DNA of 64,000 bases from Octopus vulgaris (GCA_951406725.2 OX597838.1:7316001-7380000); one strand, 5' to 3'. Counted from the stretch's first letter, positions 28,171 through 42,109 are shown. The notes: generated from the letters alone by a model not told the origin. A program made the numbers and translations.

Positions 28171-28932
28171 TATTATACATAGGACAGTTCGGTATGTCAA
28201 GCGGTCCTTAACGACACATCTAATCATCCGAATAGTGAGTCCGAAACTAGATTCTTGAGATTGCGATATCTACGAAAATATACCACTGAAAATGATAAAA
28301 CAGGAGACAAATCGGTGAATAAGAGACAATAATTTTATTTGTGAAGTTTTCTTATAACAAAAACCATGATATTTTTTGGATTGATCTGGAAAAGGACCCC
28401 AGAGATGTAGGTTCCATGAATTATGCATCAAGTAATTTTTTTTCTCTCTACATATAGCATAAACTTATAATCTTCTGACCCCCCGACCACCACCCTCCCA
28501 ACAACGCTTGCATTAGTAACAACGGTCCTTGTTTACGTCAATCCAACACAGACCAGCAACCACGAGAACATGATATATGCTTTAATATATTATGCATTCC
28601 TACTCTTTACCCCCTCTCTCCGCTCTCCCTCTCTCTGTGTATATATATATATATATGTGTGTGTATATGTGTGTGTGTATGTGTGTATCTGTGTAAGTAT
28701 GTATATATGTATATATATATATATATATATATTTACATACAGTAATGTATATCAATATACACACACATATATATCTGTGTGTATATAGATATATATATAT
28801 ATTTCTGTATATATATGTGTGTGTGTATGTGTGTGTGTGTGCGTGCATAAATACACATACAAATATATGTATGTATATAAATATATATATATACATATAC
28901 TGTGTGTATATATTTATACTTATATATATGTG

Positions 28933-29007
<75 letters not shown>

Positions 29008-29535
29008 GATAGATATTTGTGCATATATACACACACAGATACATATAATGCATACATAGAAGTTCGGAAACACGTCCAAACGTGCTCGTACAAATATACT
29101 AACATGGTAAGTTGTAGTACTAGCAACGAAGATTGACTGCAAAGAGTAGAGATACTACTACAAAACAATTAAATAAAAAAGTTAGAAAACAAAACAAAAA
29201 TATTTAAGAACGATGTCTCAGAGAAGAAAGTACTTCCCCCAACAAGAGGAAGGAAAAAGAAATGGTAAGAAGGAAAAACCATATTGAGAGAAGACACTCT
29301 GAAATCGCTGGCCATAAATCCTGAAAAATGCGATATTGTATGTTTGACGGAATCGGACAGGGAATTGAATGTAATAAAACACATGATCTTCGAATAATTG
29401 TGAAGGCAATCGTTGCAAACTCTCCGAATGAACTCTGCTTTCTTCATTTGTATCCGAGCTTTCAGAAATATATCATGCGCCGTACGCACATGTAATTCAA
29501 ATGCCAGTTCTGCCTGTATTTATAGCGATATACAT

Positions 29536-29599
<64 letters not shown>

Positions 29600-29723
29600 G
29601 TATATATGTATGCATATATATGCATGTATATATATATATATATGTATATACATATTTACATATATCTATGTTTATATATACATATATATATGTATGCATA
29701 TATATGCATGTATATACATGTGC

Positions 29724-29758
<35 letters not shown>

Positions 29759-29869
29759 CATATAAAGGCATGCGTATATGTATGATGTGTGTATCTACAT
29801 CTATATCTATCTATATATCGTTTACTCTCTATCTATCTATATCTGTCGCTTTCGCTCTCTATTTCTCTG

Positions 29870-29908
<39 letters not shown>

Positions 29909-30099
29909 CTTTCTCTTTATCTATGTCTCTCTCACTTTCTCTCTCTCTACCAGTGTCCGTGCGTTCATGTGTGCATGTATGTGTGCATTCGTGTGTGTGT
30001 GTGTGTCCGTCTGTGTGTATATGTGTGTGCGTGTGTGTGTGTGTATGTGTGTGTGTGTGTGTCTGTGTGTTGATAAGAAGGCGAAGTATACGTACGCCA

Positions 30100-30283
30100 G
30101 CACGGAAATGTGGTAAGAAGTCTGATTCCCATGAACACGCTTCTGAGTTCAATCCGAGTTCAATCCTATGTAGCATGCTACACTGCGTCAATGTCATATA
30201 CTAGAATCAAATCGCGGGTCGACCAAGAACTTTCCAATGTATTTGGTTGATAGAAATTGAAAGAAGCCTCACTCTATAAATGC

Positions 30284-30338
<55 letters not shown>

Positions 30339-30555
30339 GGTGTGTGTGTGTGTGTATTTGCGTTTTTACCCCACCATCGCATAACAACCAGATTTGTTTT
30401 CTTTACGCCCAAGTAACTTAGCAGTTCGGCAAACGAAACAAAGAGAACAACACTCTGGCTTTAAAAAATATATCTTGGTGACGATCCATTCTCCTAAACT
30501 CTTTCATTGCGATGCGCCTTCATGGCCGTTGTTGGAATCGTTAAACAAGTAAGAG
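30100..30555 (+). mobile_element. Old, diverged full-length SINE family A
   Basis: Colinear blocks TGTGGTAAGAAG, GAGTTCAATCC, ATTTGGTTGATAGAAATTGAAAGAAGCC, TA/TG tract, GTAACTTAGCAGTTCGGCAAA, CATGGCCG...AAACAAGTAAGAG. Confidence 0.75.
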
Positions 30556-30823
30556 AGCAAACTATATTTACATTAGTATTAACAAAAGCAACAGCTAAAA
30601 CCAAAGTAAGAAGTTGTCGAATTGGTCCCTGATTCCCTTTGGTAGATTTCGGTATCAACGTCAGCGATGCACGTTCCCACCTGAAGAAACAAAAGAAATG
30701 AAAAACGGATGATAACAGTCTTTCAGTTACATCCAGGTAATATACCAGTCTTCATTATATAATGACACACTTTATATGACTGTACGTTCGTGATTCGTGT
30801 GCCAATACACATATACATATGTA

Positions 30824-30922
<99 letters not shown>

Positions 30923-30938
30923 AGCTAGCTATCTATTT

Positions 30939-31007
<69 letters not shown>

Positions 31008-31262
31008 GAGGGTGATAGATAGATAGAGAGAAAGAGATAAATTTAGATAGTTAGATAGAGATTGAGTGAGAGAGAGAAATATTTATATATATATATGCTT
31101 TTATGTATTTCTGATAGCATTTCTATGTATGTCTTCCTGTATCAGTAAGTAGGAATTTGTCTACAGGAAATGTCAAGAAAGCATAAATGCCGGCTTTTGC
31201 GCATGGTCATCAATTTACTCATTGTGGAATTATATACACACACATACACATGACCATATATA

Positions 31263-31333
<71 letters not shown>

Positions 31334-31339
31334 ATGTAC

Positions 31340-31381
<42 letters not shown>

Positions 31382-32068
31382 ATACATACATATGCATATA
31401 TATATATGTATATATGTATGTATCTATATATATATATATATAAATATATATATATAAATATACATATATATGAGTGTGTGTGTGTATGGATATATGTCTA
31501 TATGTGTATGTATATGTATATATGTATATATATATGCAGATGTTAGATCAAACGTTTATATACATTTTGGCTGTGTGCGTCCCTGTTTGTCTCAGTGTGT
31601 GTGCGTGCGTATACACACATGTATTTGTATTTGTTCTCCGATATTTGATTTAGATGACATTGCATTTTTGCTTCTCTACCAAAATGCAATATAATGTACT
31701 TACCCTTAATATAATATCGATTCTTATTAAACTCCTATGCATACACATACAAACACGCACACAGACACACGCACATATGCAAATACGTATATACATACAG
31801 ACATACATATATCGATATATCTAAATATATACAAAAGAAATATATTATATATATGTATGAATATATGCCTACATAGGTATATGCATATACACGTGCATAT
31901 AGGCGTACGGGCAGGTTCGTATGTATATATATACATAAATGTATGTGTGTGTGTCTGTGGCTATTCTTGTGCATACAAGTATATATGCAAACATATATAC
32001 GTGTCATATATACAAATGTGATCTATATAAATGTAGACAGATACACACTCAAACACACACATACATAA

Positions 32069-32119
<51 letters not shown>

Positions 32120-32859
32120 CATATATGTACCTCACTTATACTTAAAGCAATTTTTCTTGAACTACCAATGCCAAGTACACTGACCATCGTAAACTTACAA
32201 TCTCCATTTACGGTATCAAATTTCCTTTCTCCCTTTTACACTTTCTCATCTCTTTGATATAATAAAAGATAAGATTGTAGTATCTCAAATCGATTATTTC
32301 CGTGTAACATTGAGATATCGCATACATATTAGATATTGCTGTATTTTTGTTGGACTTTTGATTGGTCATCTTGGTATCTACCCAATGCATTCCATTAGAA
32401 AATCAGCAATGAGACCTAAATATAACGGCTTATATTATCTTTGCGTACGACTTTACAGAAATTACATTTGTTTCCAATTCCATAATATCTCGCTTTTTAG
32501 ACACCTTTCACAAATGCATCAAATACAAATGATACATTTTCTATTATTTTTGCAGTATAAATTCGCCAACATTTTTACCTACGCAAACAATTTCGTACAA
32601 TAAAAAATATTTCACAATACATCATGTTTCTATATATCCCTATTAAAGAAAATAACAACGTTGTGTGATTTCGCTGAGCAGTCTTATAAATTTTCTCAAA
32701 AATTCATTCATAACAATTAAGCCCTGGCGGTAGCATAGATCATCTACATCAACCAGGACAACTTGCTTGTGGCTAGCAAGAAACAGCAAGTGCACCCCTT
32801 CTACGAGTGAAGACAACTTAGTACTCGCATCGCAGCACAACGTAGACGAAGCCTACAGA

Positions 32860-34615
32860 TTAACCTTCTGTCTGCCAATGGGTCCAATGGACCCACTTCA
32901 GTTTTTTTCAGCTGCTTTTTCCTATTGTTTATATTGTTTGATTCTGCTGATTTCTCGTGACTCTTATTTTTTCTTGACCCTCTTTTATTTGTCAAATGGG
33001 AAATTTTCCGTATATTTATAAAAGCTAAAAAATTTCACTTTATACATTAATATCAATTGGACTCGCGAATTTAATTCAGATAATACTCTTGTCATTCTAA
33101 ACAGAATAAAAGCAGATATGAAATAGATAAAATTGTATTCAAATTATTTGCTGAATTTTAGACAAAATAAGAAAATTTATGAAAATATTCCCATAAATGT
33201 GTGTGGTATTGCATCACCTTCAGTCTGCTAGGTTATAGGGTGATACAATATTTCTATGTCATGACGCAATCCTAACAATATATAGTATCATCTTTCAGGA
33301 GAGTATAAATATGTGAGAGAAGAATATCTGACTTTGGTCTGATATCAAGTTTCATGTAGTTCAGTTGTGCTTTCCAGTATGCTTGGACGCGAAAACTTAA
33401 GTGAAGACCAAATATCGAAAAGGTTATTAGAATTATGTGAAGATTAGGAAGAAGGTAATAGTGATTCCGAACTGGCAGAAACATTAGCACGCCGGGCGAA
33501 ATGCGTAGCCGTATTTCGTCTGCCGTTACGTTCTGGGTTCAAATTCCGCCGAGGTCGACTTTGCCTTTCATCATTTCGGGTCGATAAGATAAGTACCAGT
33601 TACGCACTGGAGTCGATGTAATCGACTTAATCCGTCTGTATGTCCTTGTTTGTCTACTCTGTGTTTAGCCCCTTGCGGGTAAAAAAGAAATATATTTTCT
33701 CTGAAGATGATGGTGCAAGTGATTGTTGCTGGACAGTTTAGGTTCTCTGTCATCAGTTGATGAAGATACTCAAAAACAATTACCCGCAAGCCACCCAATT
33801 ATGAATAAGCGATATGTTTCTAGAGACGGACAAGAAGTTTGGCATTCTAATCCTCTTACTGAAACAGAAGTAAGAACTTCATCTTGCAATATTGTGCGCC
33901 AAGAATGTGGACCATCCTGTTTTGCTAAAACGACTTGTGATAGCATTGGAACATGTTATACGATCTTTATGCGCCAGAATCTTCTTGAAGTAATTCGTAA
34001 ATGGACAAATGTTGAAGGTCAGATGGTTTACAAAGATATATGGGAGGAATTTGGCCACTCTGAACTAAAGAAATTTAGTAAATCTAAACATGAAAATGTC
34101 AAACAGTTATCGCGTTAAGAGGATGGCTGTCCAATAAACAATACAATTATCAGCTAGGGAAGATTTCAACAGATTTTACACGTATTGCGTTTTGATGATG
34201 CTAGTGCAAGAAGAAAAAAGAGAAATGATTATAAATTGGAACTGATAAGAAAAGTATTTGAAATGTGGAATCAGAATTTGCAAGATGGATATATTCCAAG
34301 TTCATGCATGACAGTTGGAGAATAATTAGTTTCTTTCAGAGGGTGCTGCTAATTCCAGGTACATAGTTCATTAAAACCAAAACCAGGGAGATATGGAATT
34401 AAAATTTGCACAATATGCAACAGTGAAACATCTTATGTCTGGAAAATTAAGGTTCAAGATTCCTTGAAGACCTAGTAAAAGAGCTTGAAAATACTGGTCG
34501 CAATATAACTTGTGATAATTATTTTTACCAGGTTTAAGATTGTCTCAAATGTTGCTTAACAAGAAAACGACTTTATTTGAAACAATTAGAAAGAACAGAG
34601 TTGAAATTCGAATTC
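32860..34615 (+). mobile_element. Decayed piggyBac DNA transposon (left end + transposase pseudogene), interrupted by a SINE
   Basis: TTAA|CCTT... with subterminal palindrome GGGTCCAATGGACCC at 32860-32894; frame from ~33723 gives ...VLRFDD...IRKVFEMWNQNLQDGYIPSSCMTVGE*LVSFRGCC*F...KPGRYGIKI...GRNITCDNYF...TIRKNRVEI (DDE_Tnp_1_7/PGBD4-like motifs) with stops; first catalytic Asp changed to Gly. No right TIR seen. Confidence 0.88.
33469..33692 (+). mobile_element. SINE family B, tail type 1, nested in the piggyBac
   Basis: Highly similar to 36657-36890 and to the reverse of 47114-47345; ends in an A-rich stretch where the other copies have AATAAAGAAATA. Confidence 0.9.
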
Positions 34616-34623
34616 CAAAAATG

Positions 34624-34862
34624 AACAAGACCATTCGCAACAATTAAGTAAACAACAAAAGCGGAAAACAATGCAGAATCCTTGTCCGGTACCGGAACGA
34701 TTCCAAAATGTAATCGGGGCGTCTCAGTCAAGAGGCCAAACATCCCTGATAGTTTCAACCGAATCCATCCAGTGGTTCTTGAGATATCTTGTCCACGGTC
34801 AAACATACAAACAAACTCGCCTGAAAACAATACCACCGACTTCGCTAAAGCGGAGATAATAA
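34624..34862 (+). mobile_element. Candidate Helentron-associated (HINE/DINE-1-like) non-autonomous element
   Basis: Starts AACAAGA; AGTTTCAACCGAATCCATCCAGTGGTTCTTGAGATAT block, (AAAC)n tract, 3' hairpin CTTCGC-TAAA-GCGGAG then ATAAT. Confidence 0.55.
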
Positions 34863-34889
34863 ATAAAGAATCCCCAAACAACTACAGAA

Positions 34890-35008
34890 ATATTTGTTCG
34901 ACTCCAGACTGTAGTAGAAGGCACGTGATCAGGGGGCCACGCAGTGGGAATGAACCTGAAACCGTGTGACTAGGAAGCTGCTTTCTTACCACGGAGCCAT
35001 GCCTGCAC
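34890..35008 (-). mobile_element. SINE family A head fragment
   Basis: Minus strand GCAGGCATGGCTCCGTGGTAAGAAAGCAGCTTCC...CAGGTTCATTCCCACTGCGTGGC. Confidence 0.75.
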
Positions 35009-35087
35009 CGAAATATATGTATATATACATATAGCTACCGAATAATTGTCACATATAATATTTATACACACACACATACAGAGACGC

Positions 35088-35166
<79 letters not shown>

Positions 35167-35337
35167 TATAATGATAAATATTAGGGAATGAATCCAAAAT
35201 TACAGGGAAAAATCAGATTTAGGGTTAAATCCAATTTTATGGTAAAATATTATATAATATAATTCGAGACAAAACCACTATTTTAAAACCAAACAAGGAA
35301 AAACTTAATCAATACATAAAATTTTAATATAAATTAA

Positions 35338-35412
<75 letters not shown>

Positions 35413-35501
35413 CTAATACAATTGTTTGTTTGTATTCCACCTGCCTTCGTCGTTTGTTTATTTTCATAAAGCTTCCCGTTATATATATATATATATATAT
35501 A

Positions 35502-35675
35502 CCGGAGTAAACACATAAATGTGAAACAAGGTGGAAGAAAGAGTACTCAAATACCAGGGGTAGAGTAATATGCTTTATTTAAGAGCAGCAGAAAAATTCA
35601 ACAAAATTCAACGAACGGGAACGTGAAACTCAGAGTAACAGGTTTTGTTGAATTTCTCTGCTGCTTTTAAATAAA

Positions 35676-35677
<2 letters not shown>
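35502..35677. mobile_element. Second copy of the 24612 repeat with internal inversion (fold-back)
   Basis: Arms 35572-35606 and 35643-35677 are reverse complements; loop contains ACGA-ACG-GGAA-CGT-GAAACTC-A-GAGT-A. Confidence 0.8.
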
Positions 35678-35717
<40 letters not shown>

Positions 35718-35846
35718 ATAGATGTACTTATACATTTGTATGTTCGCATATGTCTATAGCTATGTACATGTGTATGTGTGTATGTGTCTGTATATACAAT
35801 CATAAACATATATGCATAGATTATATATATATATGTATGATATATT

Positions 35847-35884
<38 letters not shown>

Positions 35885-36033
35885 TGCATATATAATGTAT
35901 ATATATATGTATATATATGTATGTATGTGTGTATGTATATATATGTACGTATGTATGTATATATGTGTATATATATATATACATGTATATATGTATATAT
36001 GTACATATATATGTGTATATATATGTGTGTGTA

Positions 36034-36076
<43 letters not shown>

Positions 36077-36085
36077 GTATATATG

Positions 36086-36126
<41 letters not shown>

Positions 36127-36334
36127 ATAAATATATATACGTCTACGTGCGCCTGTGTGAGTGTAACTGCGTGTGTCTGCGCCAGTTTGTAACGGGTGAA
36201 CGCAACCAGGAATTACTTTATGATTGACAGTGGAAGTTTATTTAAAACCACTCAGGTTTTGAGTGTCAACACCAGATGGCGTTTTATGCATATATTCTCT
36301 AAAACTGTCTGCAGTAAATTTCTCTACCAACTTA

Positions 36335-36356
36335 TCATCGTCATTGTCGTCGTCAC

Positions 36357-36423
<67 letters not shown>

Positions 36424-36540
36424 TTCATCATCATCATCATCACTATCCTCATCATCAACACTATCATTGTCGTGGTAGCCGTTATTCTCGCCTTCATCAT
36501 CAACATTATCGCTAAAATTAACGTTGTCGTCGTCGTCGTA
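36335..36540. repeat. (ATC)n triplet microsatellite with degenerate flanks
   Basis: Pure (ATC)n at ~36357-36441. Confidence 0.95.
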
Positions 36541-36555
36541 TATATGTATATATAT

Positions 36556-36655
<100 letters not shown>

Positions 36656-36656
36656 T

Positions 36657-36890
36657 AAGGAGGCGATCTGACAGAAACGTTAGCACGCCGGGCGAAATGC
36701 TTTGCATTATTTCGTTTGCCTGTACCTTCTGAGTTCAAATTCGGCCGAGGCCAACTTTGCCTTTCATCCTTTCGGGGTCGATAAATTAAGTACCACTTAC
36801 GCACTGGGGTCGATGTAATCGACTTAATCCGTTTGACTATCCTTGTTTGTCTCCTCTGTGTTTAGCCCCTTGTGGGCAATAAAGAAATAA
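36657..36890 (+). mobile_element. SINE family B, tail type 1, full length
   Basis: tRNA-like head, GAGTTCAAATTC, Meta-like CTTTCATCCTTTCGGGGTCGATAAATTAAGTACC, tail ...GCCCCTTGTGGGCAATAAAGAAATA. Confidence 0.9.
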
Positions 36891-36905
36891 TATATATATA
36901 TATCG

Positions 36906-37092
36906 TTATATTTCGGAATGGTCATTTTGCCAGTTTAGCCAATAAAAACACACGCACTATATATTTGGTGTTATTTTGCTTCAGCGTTATTTATTTTTTA
37001 CATTACATAACACTGAAGCAAAATAACACCAAATATATAGTGCGTGTGTTTTTATTGGCTAAACTGGCAAAATGACCATTCCGAAATATAAA
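36906..37092. repeat. Near-perfect ~85-bp inverted repeat with ~16-bp spacer
   Basis: 36906-36990 is the reverse complement of 37007-37092 apart from about 2 differences; related sequence at 54959-55005 and ~40750-40797. Confidence 0.95.
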
Positions 37093-38297
37093 CAATATCT
37101 GTTTCAACACACGACTTCACACAAAAAATCTTGCACAACAAATATTTAAATGTATATATATATATATATAATTGAAACAAAATCCAAACACATTTCATTA
37201 AATACATTTAGTACAACTTTACCTCTTGCTTCGCAGTGATTGTGTAAAATGACACAACAAGATGTTTCGCCATCGCCACCAACAAGACCGATAACGGAAT
37301 TAAATAATAAAAGAGGAAATTGTACCAAAATAACATAGAACTAAATTCAATACTCCAAAAATAGAAATGGAATCTAGAGATTAATATTAATTATAATGAC
37401 AGGGTATTATGTTAATTGTTCTGAATTCTTTTGAGAATATATTCCACTGTGATGATAATGACGATGATCTTTAATTTGTGATCAACGGAACTCAGGGATA
37501 AAAACAACAACTAAAACTAGACAATCCATTTAACACGTTTTTCAAAAAAATTCTTTCATTGATATTTCAATAATTATTTTGATCTATTTTTCTTGTTTAC
37601 GAATCTTTATATTTTTATTTCTGTCTTTTGATTACAGACATATTTTCCATGTTTCAAATTAGCTGTAATTAACTATTAGATATTTCTGAACATAACTATA
37701 CGACTCGGGGGAATCGTAAATGAAATGGAGAAGTGAATTAACTCAAACACAAGTAAATCCGTTATACGGTGTTGTATAGTATAGAAGAAATAGTCTATAC
37801 GAGAGGGCGATCCCCATCATAATTGTCACCGTATCAGAAAAATAGCATCATTTTAACTCTCTCTTCTCTTGCTGTAAGTGAAGCAACGAAAAATAGCATC
37901 TAATGGCAAACAAATGCTTTACCAAGCATTTTCTGGCATTTAAAGATACAGAATCGTAAACAACTTAATGATAAATTACGTGGGTTGATTACGACCAGCA
38001 ATACACTTTCCTCCAAATTGGGAGTCATGTGCGTATGAAGGAAATCAATATTTTGCAAAGCTAGGGACTGGGGGGTTAATAGAAAGTTTGGGGCAACATG
38101 CCTGCCTTCATTTTTTTTTTTTTGTCTTTCATCTTTGTTTCAAACATGTATGACTTCTAATTCTTAATTACATACAATTAACTGCTTGTCACAGGAGAAT
38201 GGTAAATCTTATACAGAAATCAAATTATCTGAAACACTAGAGAATTCTATATAATAGGATGTGCATTATGTGACTAATATACAACTGAAGTGACAAG

Positions 38298-38515
38298 TGG
38301 ATGTACGTCGCTTAGTGGCTAGTGTATCGGATCAGAAGATCGTGGTTTCCATTCCAGGACCGGGTGACGCGTTGTGTTCTTGAGCAAATCACTTCATTAC
38401 ACGTTGCTCCAGTACACTCAGCTGGCAAAAATGAGGAATCCTGCTAGCCCAGCCGTCCCGTCCAAGTGGGGAATATATATACGTTATGGAAACCAGGAAA
38501 CTGGTCCTTATAAGT
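38298..38515 (+). mobile_element. Diverged SINE family D
   Basis: CTTAGTGG...GTGGTTTCCATTCC...TTGAGCAAATCACTTCATTACACGTTGCTCCAG...GTCCCGTCCAAGTGGGGAA...GAAACCAGGAAACTGGTCCTTAT. Confidence 0.75.
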
Positions 38516-38571
38516 TTACTTCACTTCATTGATTTCAGTACAACGTATTTCTGTAGTGGGTATATAATATG

Positions 38572-38954
38572 CGGAGGCGCAATGGCCCAGTGGTTAGGGC
38601 AGCGGACTCGCGGTCATAGGATCGCGGTTTCGATTCCCAGACCGGGCGTTGTGAGTGTTTATTGAGCGAAAACATCTAAAGCTCCACGAGGCTCCGGCAG
38701 GGGATGGTGGTGATCCCTGCTGTGCTCTTTCACCACAACTTTATCTCACTCTTACTTCCTGTTTCTGTTGTACCTGTATTTCAAAGGGCCGGTCTTGTCA
38801 CTCTCTGTGTCACGCTGAATATCCCCGAGAACTACGTTAAGGGTACACGTTTCTGTGGAGTGCTCAGCCACTTTCACGTTAATTTCACGAGCAGGCTGTT
38901 CCGTTGATTCGGATCAACCGGAACCCTCGTCGTCGTAACCGACGGAGTGCTTCC
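38572..38954 (+). mobile_element. SINE family C, long form, full length with TSD
   Basis: TGGCCCAGTGG A-box, GTTTCGATTCC B-box, terminal stem-loop CGTCG-TAAC-CGACG; direct repeat ATATAATATG at 38562-38571 and 38955-38964. Confidence 0.92.
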
Positions 38955-40396
38955 ATATAATATGTGGAAATTGACGATTTAAAAGTCTGTTATCGGCATA
39001 TTGACATAGAAATAATTTGCTTTTGCCCTTGTTTAAAAGTTCTTTATGATTTTAACCTAATGGAGTTGCATGCACCCTCACCTTAAAGTCAGGTTTTCAA
39101 GATTGTAACTGTTTTTCGATAAATTCTGTTTGCCTTCCATCGATTGATTCTATTCTAATCGGATTAAAAGTAAATAATAAGTTATCCATTTAAAACATAA
39201 TATATCAGAAGAAGCGCTATATTTTATATTCTATATTAATATCTGAACATAACTATATCCATTATTTAAGCACGATTACACCAAATATTATTTTATACGC
39301 TAATTGTGTGAATTTCTGTGCTTGGGAGTTCAACTCATGTTTACCTATATCTCTGGTAGGAATATTTCTATGGAAAAGTCAAGTATCAAACAAAGGTCAT
39401 TTATTTTCTTACGATCGTTCACAAGATATAAACACGTGGTGTTTAGATGAGTTCTCGAACACGTCCTTCCATATATGTATGTGTGAGTTTGTGCGTGTAT
39501 GTATGTGTGTCTATGCATGTGTGATTATCAATGTATGTGTGTATATACATATACATACACACACACAGACACACACACAGATATATATATATATATATGT
39601 ATGTATATATATGTATATAGATATATATCTATATGGGCATATATGCATATATATGTATGTATATATGTATATATATATATATATGTGTGTGTATGCATTT
39701 ATATATGTATATATGTGTATATGTATATATATATATATGTGTATATACATATATACATGTGTGTGTGTTATTATTGCTCCAAAATTATTATTTTTAGTTT
39801 TAACATGATTTCCGCACACGGATTTATATAAAAGATATGTATTATTTGCACCTATGTTGCATTAATATGTAGCTAATTTCTCAAAGTTAATTCTCAGTTA
39901 TATTTTAACTTTATATTTCTCGAAATTTGTAAAATATTTACCTCCAAACTTCAATGTGTTTGCATTCATAATAATTCTAAATATTTCACTATACATTCTG
40001 GTTGAAATACCAGGGTGTAAATCTAGAGGGAAAACCTATTTAGAATGGTCTTTGTTATTTCACACGTGCAGTAAGAACCGTGCCTCTTTTTACGCAAATG
40101 TTTTGCTTACAATAACGAACCTGTCTAAAAGAGATAAGGAATATATACTTATAATATTTATCATATTATCATATTTTCAACTGCAGCATCATGTTCATCA
40201 AACATATATATATATATATATATATAAGAAAGTTGGTCTGTGAAAGCACGTGGGTGAATATATAGAAAAAAGTAAAGAGTGAAAAAACTACAGAAGGCTT
40301 AAATGTTAAAAATATATATATATTTGCGTCAATATGTCTGAAGAATATTAGAAAATTAAAAAAAAAAATTTTTTCTCTTATAATGACATAATTTAA

Positions 40397-40435
40397 AAGA
40401 AGGACCGGTTTCGCGTGTAGCTTTTCAAATTTCTT
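40397..40435 (-). ncRNA. Degenerate hammerhead-like motif
   Basis: Minus strand AAGAAAT-TTGAAAA-GC-TACAC-GC-GAAACCGGT-C-CTTCTT; palindromic stem III and GUC triplet present, but two core mismatches. Confidence 0.4.
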
Positions 40436-41034
40436 GCGACGTATATATATATACATCTCTCCTCTTTACTGTCAGTGGAAGAGTAGGGTGGTGGCTCGAA
40501 AGCGTTCTTCCATTTTTCCTGAGTGTTTTTTTTTAATTTTGTTTCCCTCAAATATTTATTCTTTGTTTTTATCTTATTTTGTCACAATGCTCAACTATGT
40601 TAATATGCATACACTCACACACACGCACGCACACACAAACACGCACACAGTCTCGTAAACTCACACAGACACAAATATACATACACATATTTATATATTT
40701 GTATATAGACATATATACATTAATGAATTTTGTATTGTAAGTTTCCTGGTGTGAAACCGTGTGTTGAAACAGATATTGTATTTATGGACGGTCATACATA
40801 TTCGTTCTTAACTCGTTTATCACTGTTCTTATCTTAACTCATGTCCATTGTCCGGAAATCATTTGTCACACATCTGTGACCTCTTTAGTGACACGTTCCC
40901 TCCTCGTGTGTGTTCCTGCTCCGCTGAGTCCATTCTGTTCTTCTTTAGAGGAACAGAATGGACTAAGCGGAGAACGAATATGTAGTGCGTCTGTTTCTTT
41001 AGCAAAAGGAAAAAAAATACCATCCCAAAATACT

Positions 41035-41245
41035 TTATTTCACGTTGCTCCAGTCAAAACTTAGTTGTACCTGTGTTTCAAAGGGCCGACCTTGGCACAA
41101 TCTCTGCTACGCTGAATCTCCCTGAGAACTACATTAAGTGTACACGTGTCTGTGGAGTACTCAGCCACTTTCACGTTAATTTCACGATCAGCCTGTTCTG
41201 TTGAGTGGATCAGCTGGAACCCTTGTCGTCGTAACTGACAAGAGC
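41035..41245 (+). mobile_element. SINE fragment: CORE-like block joined to the family C long tail
   Basis: TTTCACGTTGCTCCAGT followed by sequence colinear with 38768-38950. Confidence 0.8.
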
Positions 41246-41299
41246 ACACACGCACACACACGCACACACACTCACACACACACATATATGAATTATCAT

Positions 41300-41498
41300 G
41301 CTGGGTAAGTCAATACTATTCAACCTAGTATGTGACTAGTACTTTGTCTTGTTGATCACAAATGAAGAAATGAGAAGCTGGCCTAGGCAAGGTTCGATCT
41401 TGGAAGCTAAGGGCAGCGAAGAAATAATACGTAACAGCAGACGAAATACGGCTACGCATTTCGCACGGCGTGCTAACGTTTCTGCCAGCTCACCGCCT
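41300..41498 (-). mobile_element. SINE family B, diverged
   Basis: Minus strand AAGGCGGTGAGCTGGCAGAAACGTTAGCACGCCGTGCGAAATGCGTAGCCGTATTTCGTCTG. Confidence 0.8.
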
Positions 41499-41765
<267 letters not shown>

Positions 41766-41769
41766 TGAT

Positions 41770-41905
41770 TTCTACTTTAGACACAAGGCCAGCAATTTTG
41801 AGTGGTGCGGTTTCCAGTTGATTATATCGACCCCAGTGATCAATGTTCCTGATTTTTTCGACCCCAAAAAGATGGCAGACCAATTAGACCACGGTGGAGT
41901 TTGAT
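41770..41905 (-). mobile_element. SINE family B 3' part, tail type 2
   Basis: Minus strand GGGGTCGAAAAAATCAG...CACTGGGGTCGATATAATC...AAAATTGCTGGCCTTGTGTCTAAAGTAGAA. Confidence 0.65.
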
Positions 41906-42066
41906 CTCTCCCTCTCTCCATCTTAATATACAAATGTATATCAATAGTTAGTTAGAGAGGGAAGAGGGAAGGGTGAGAGAGATTTATACAGAGATTTATA
42001 GAGATTTATAAATAAGCAATAAGATGATTGGCAGATAGATATGTATATACATATACATCTAACTAA

Positions 42067-42109
<43 letters not shown>

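Noticed and set aside
37765-37810. GTTGTATAGT...CTATAC resembling a let-7 hairpin
   Set aside because: Lacks the let-7 seed TGAGGTAG and an extended stem.
38572-38650. tRNA genes (also 889, 9750, 13350, 55895)
   Set aside because: No complete cloverleaf or acceptor stem; each continues into a repeated SINE body.
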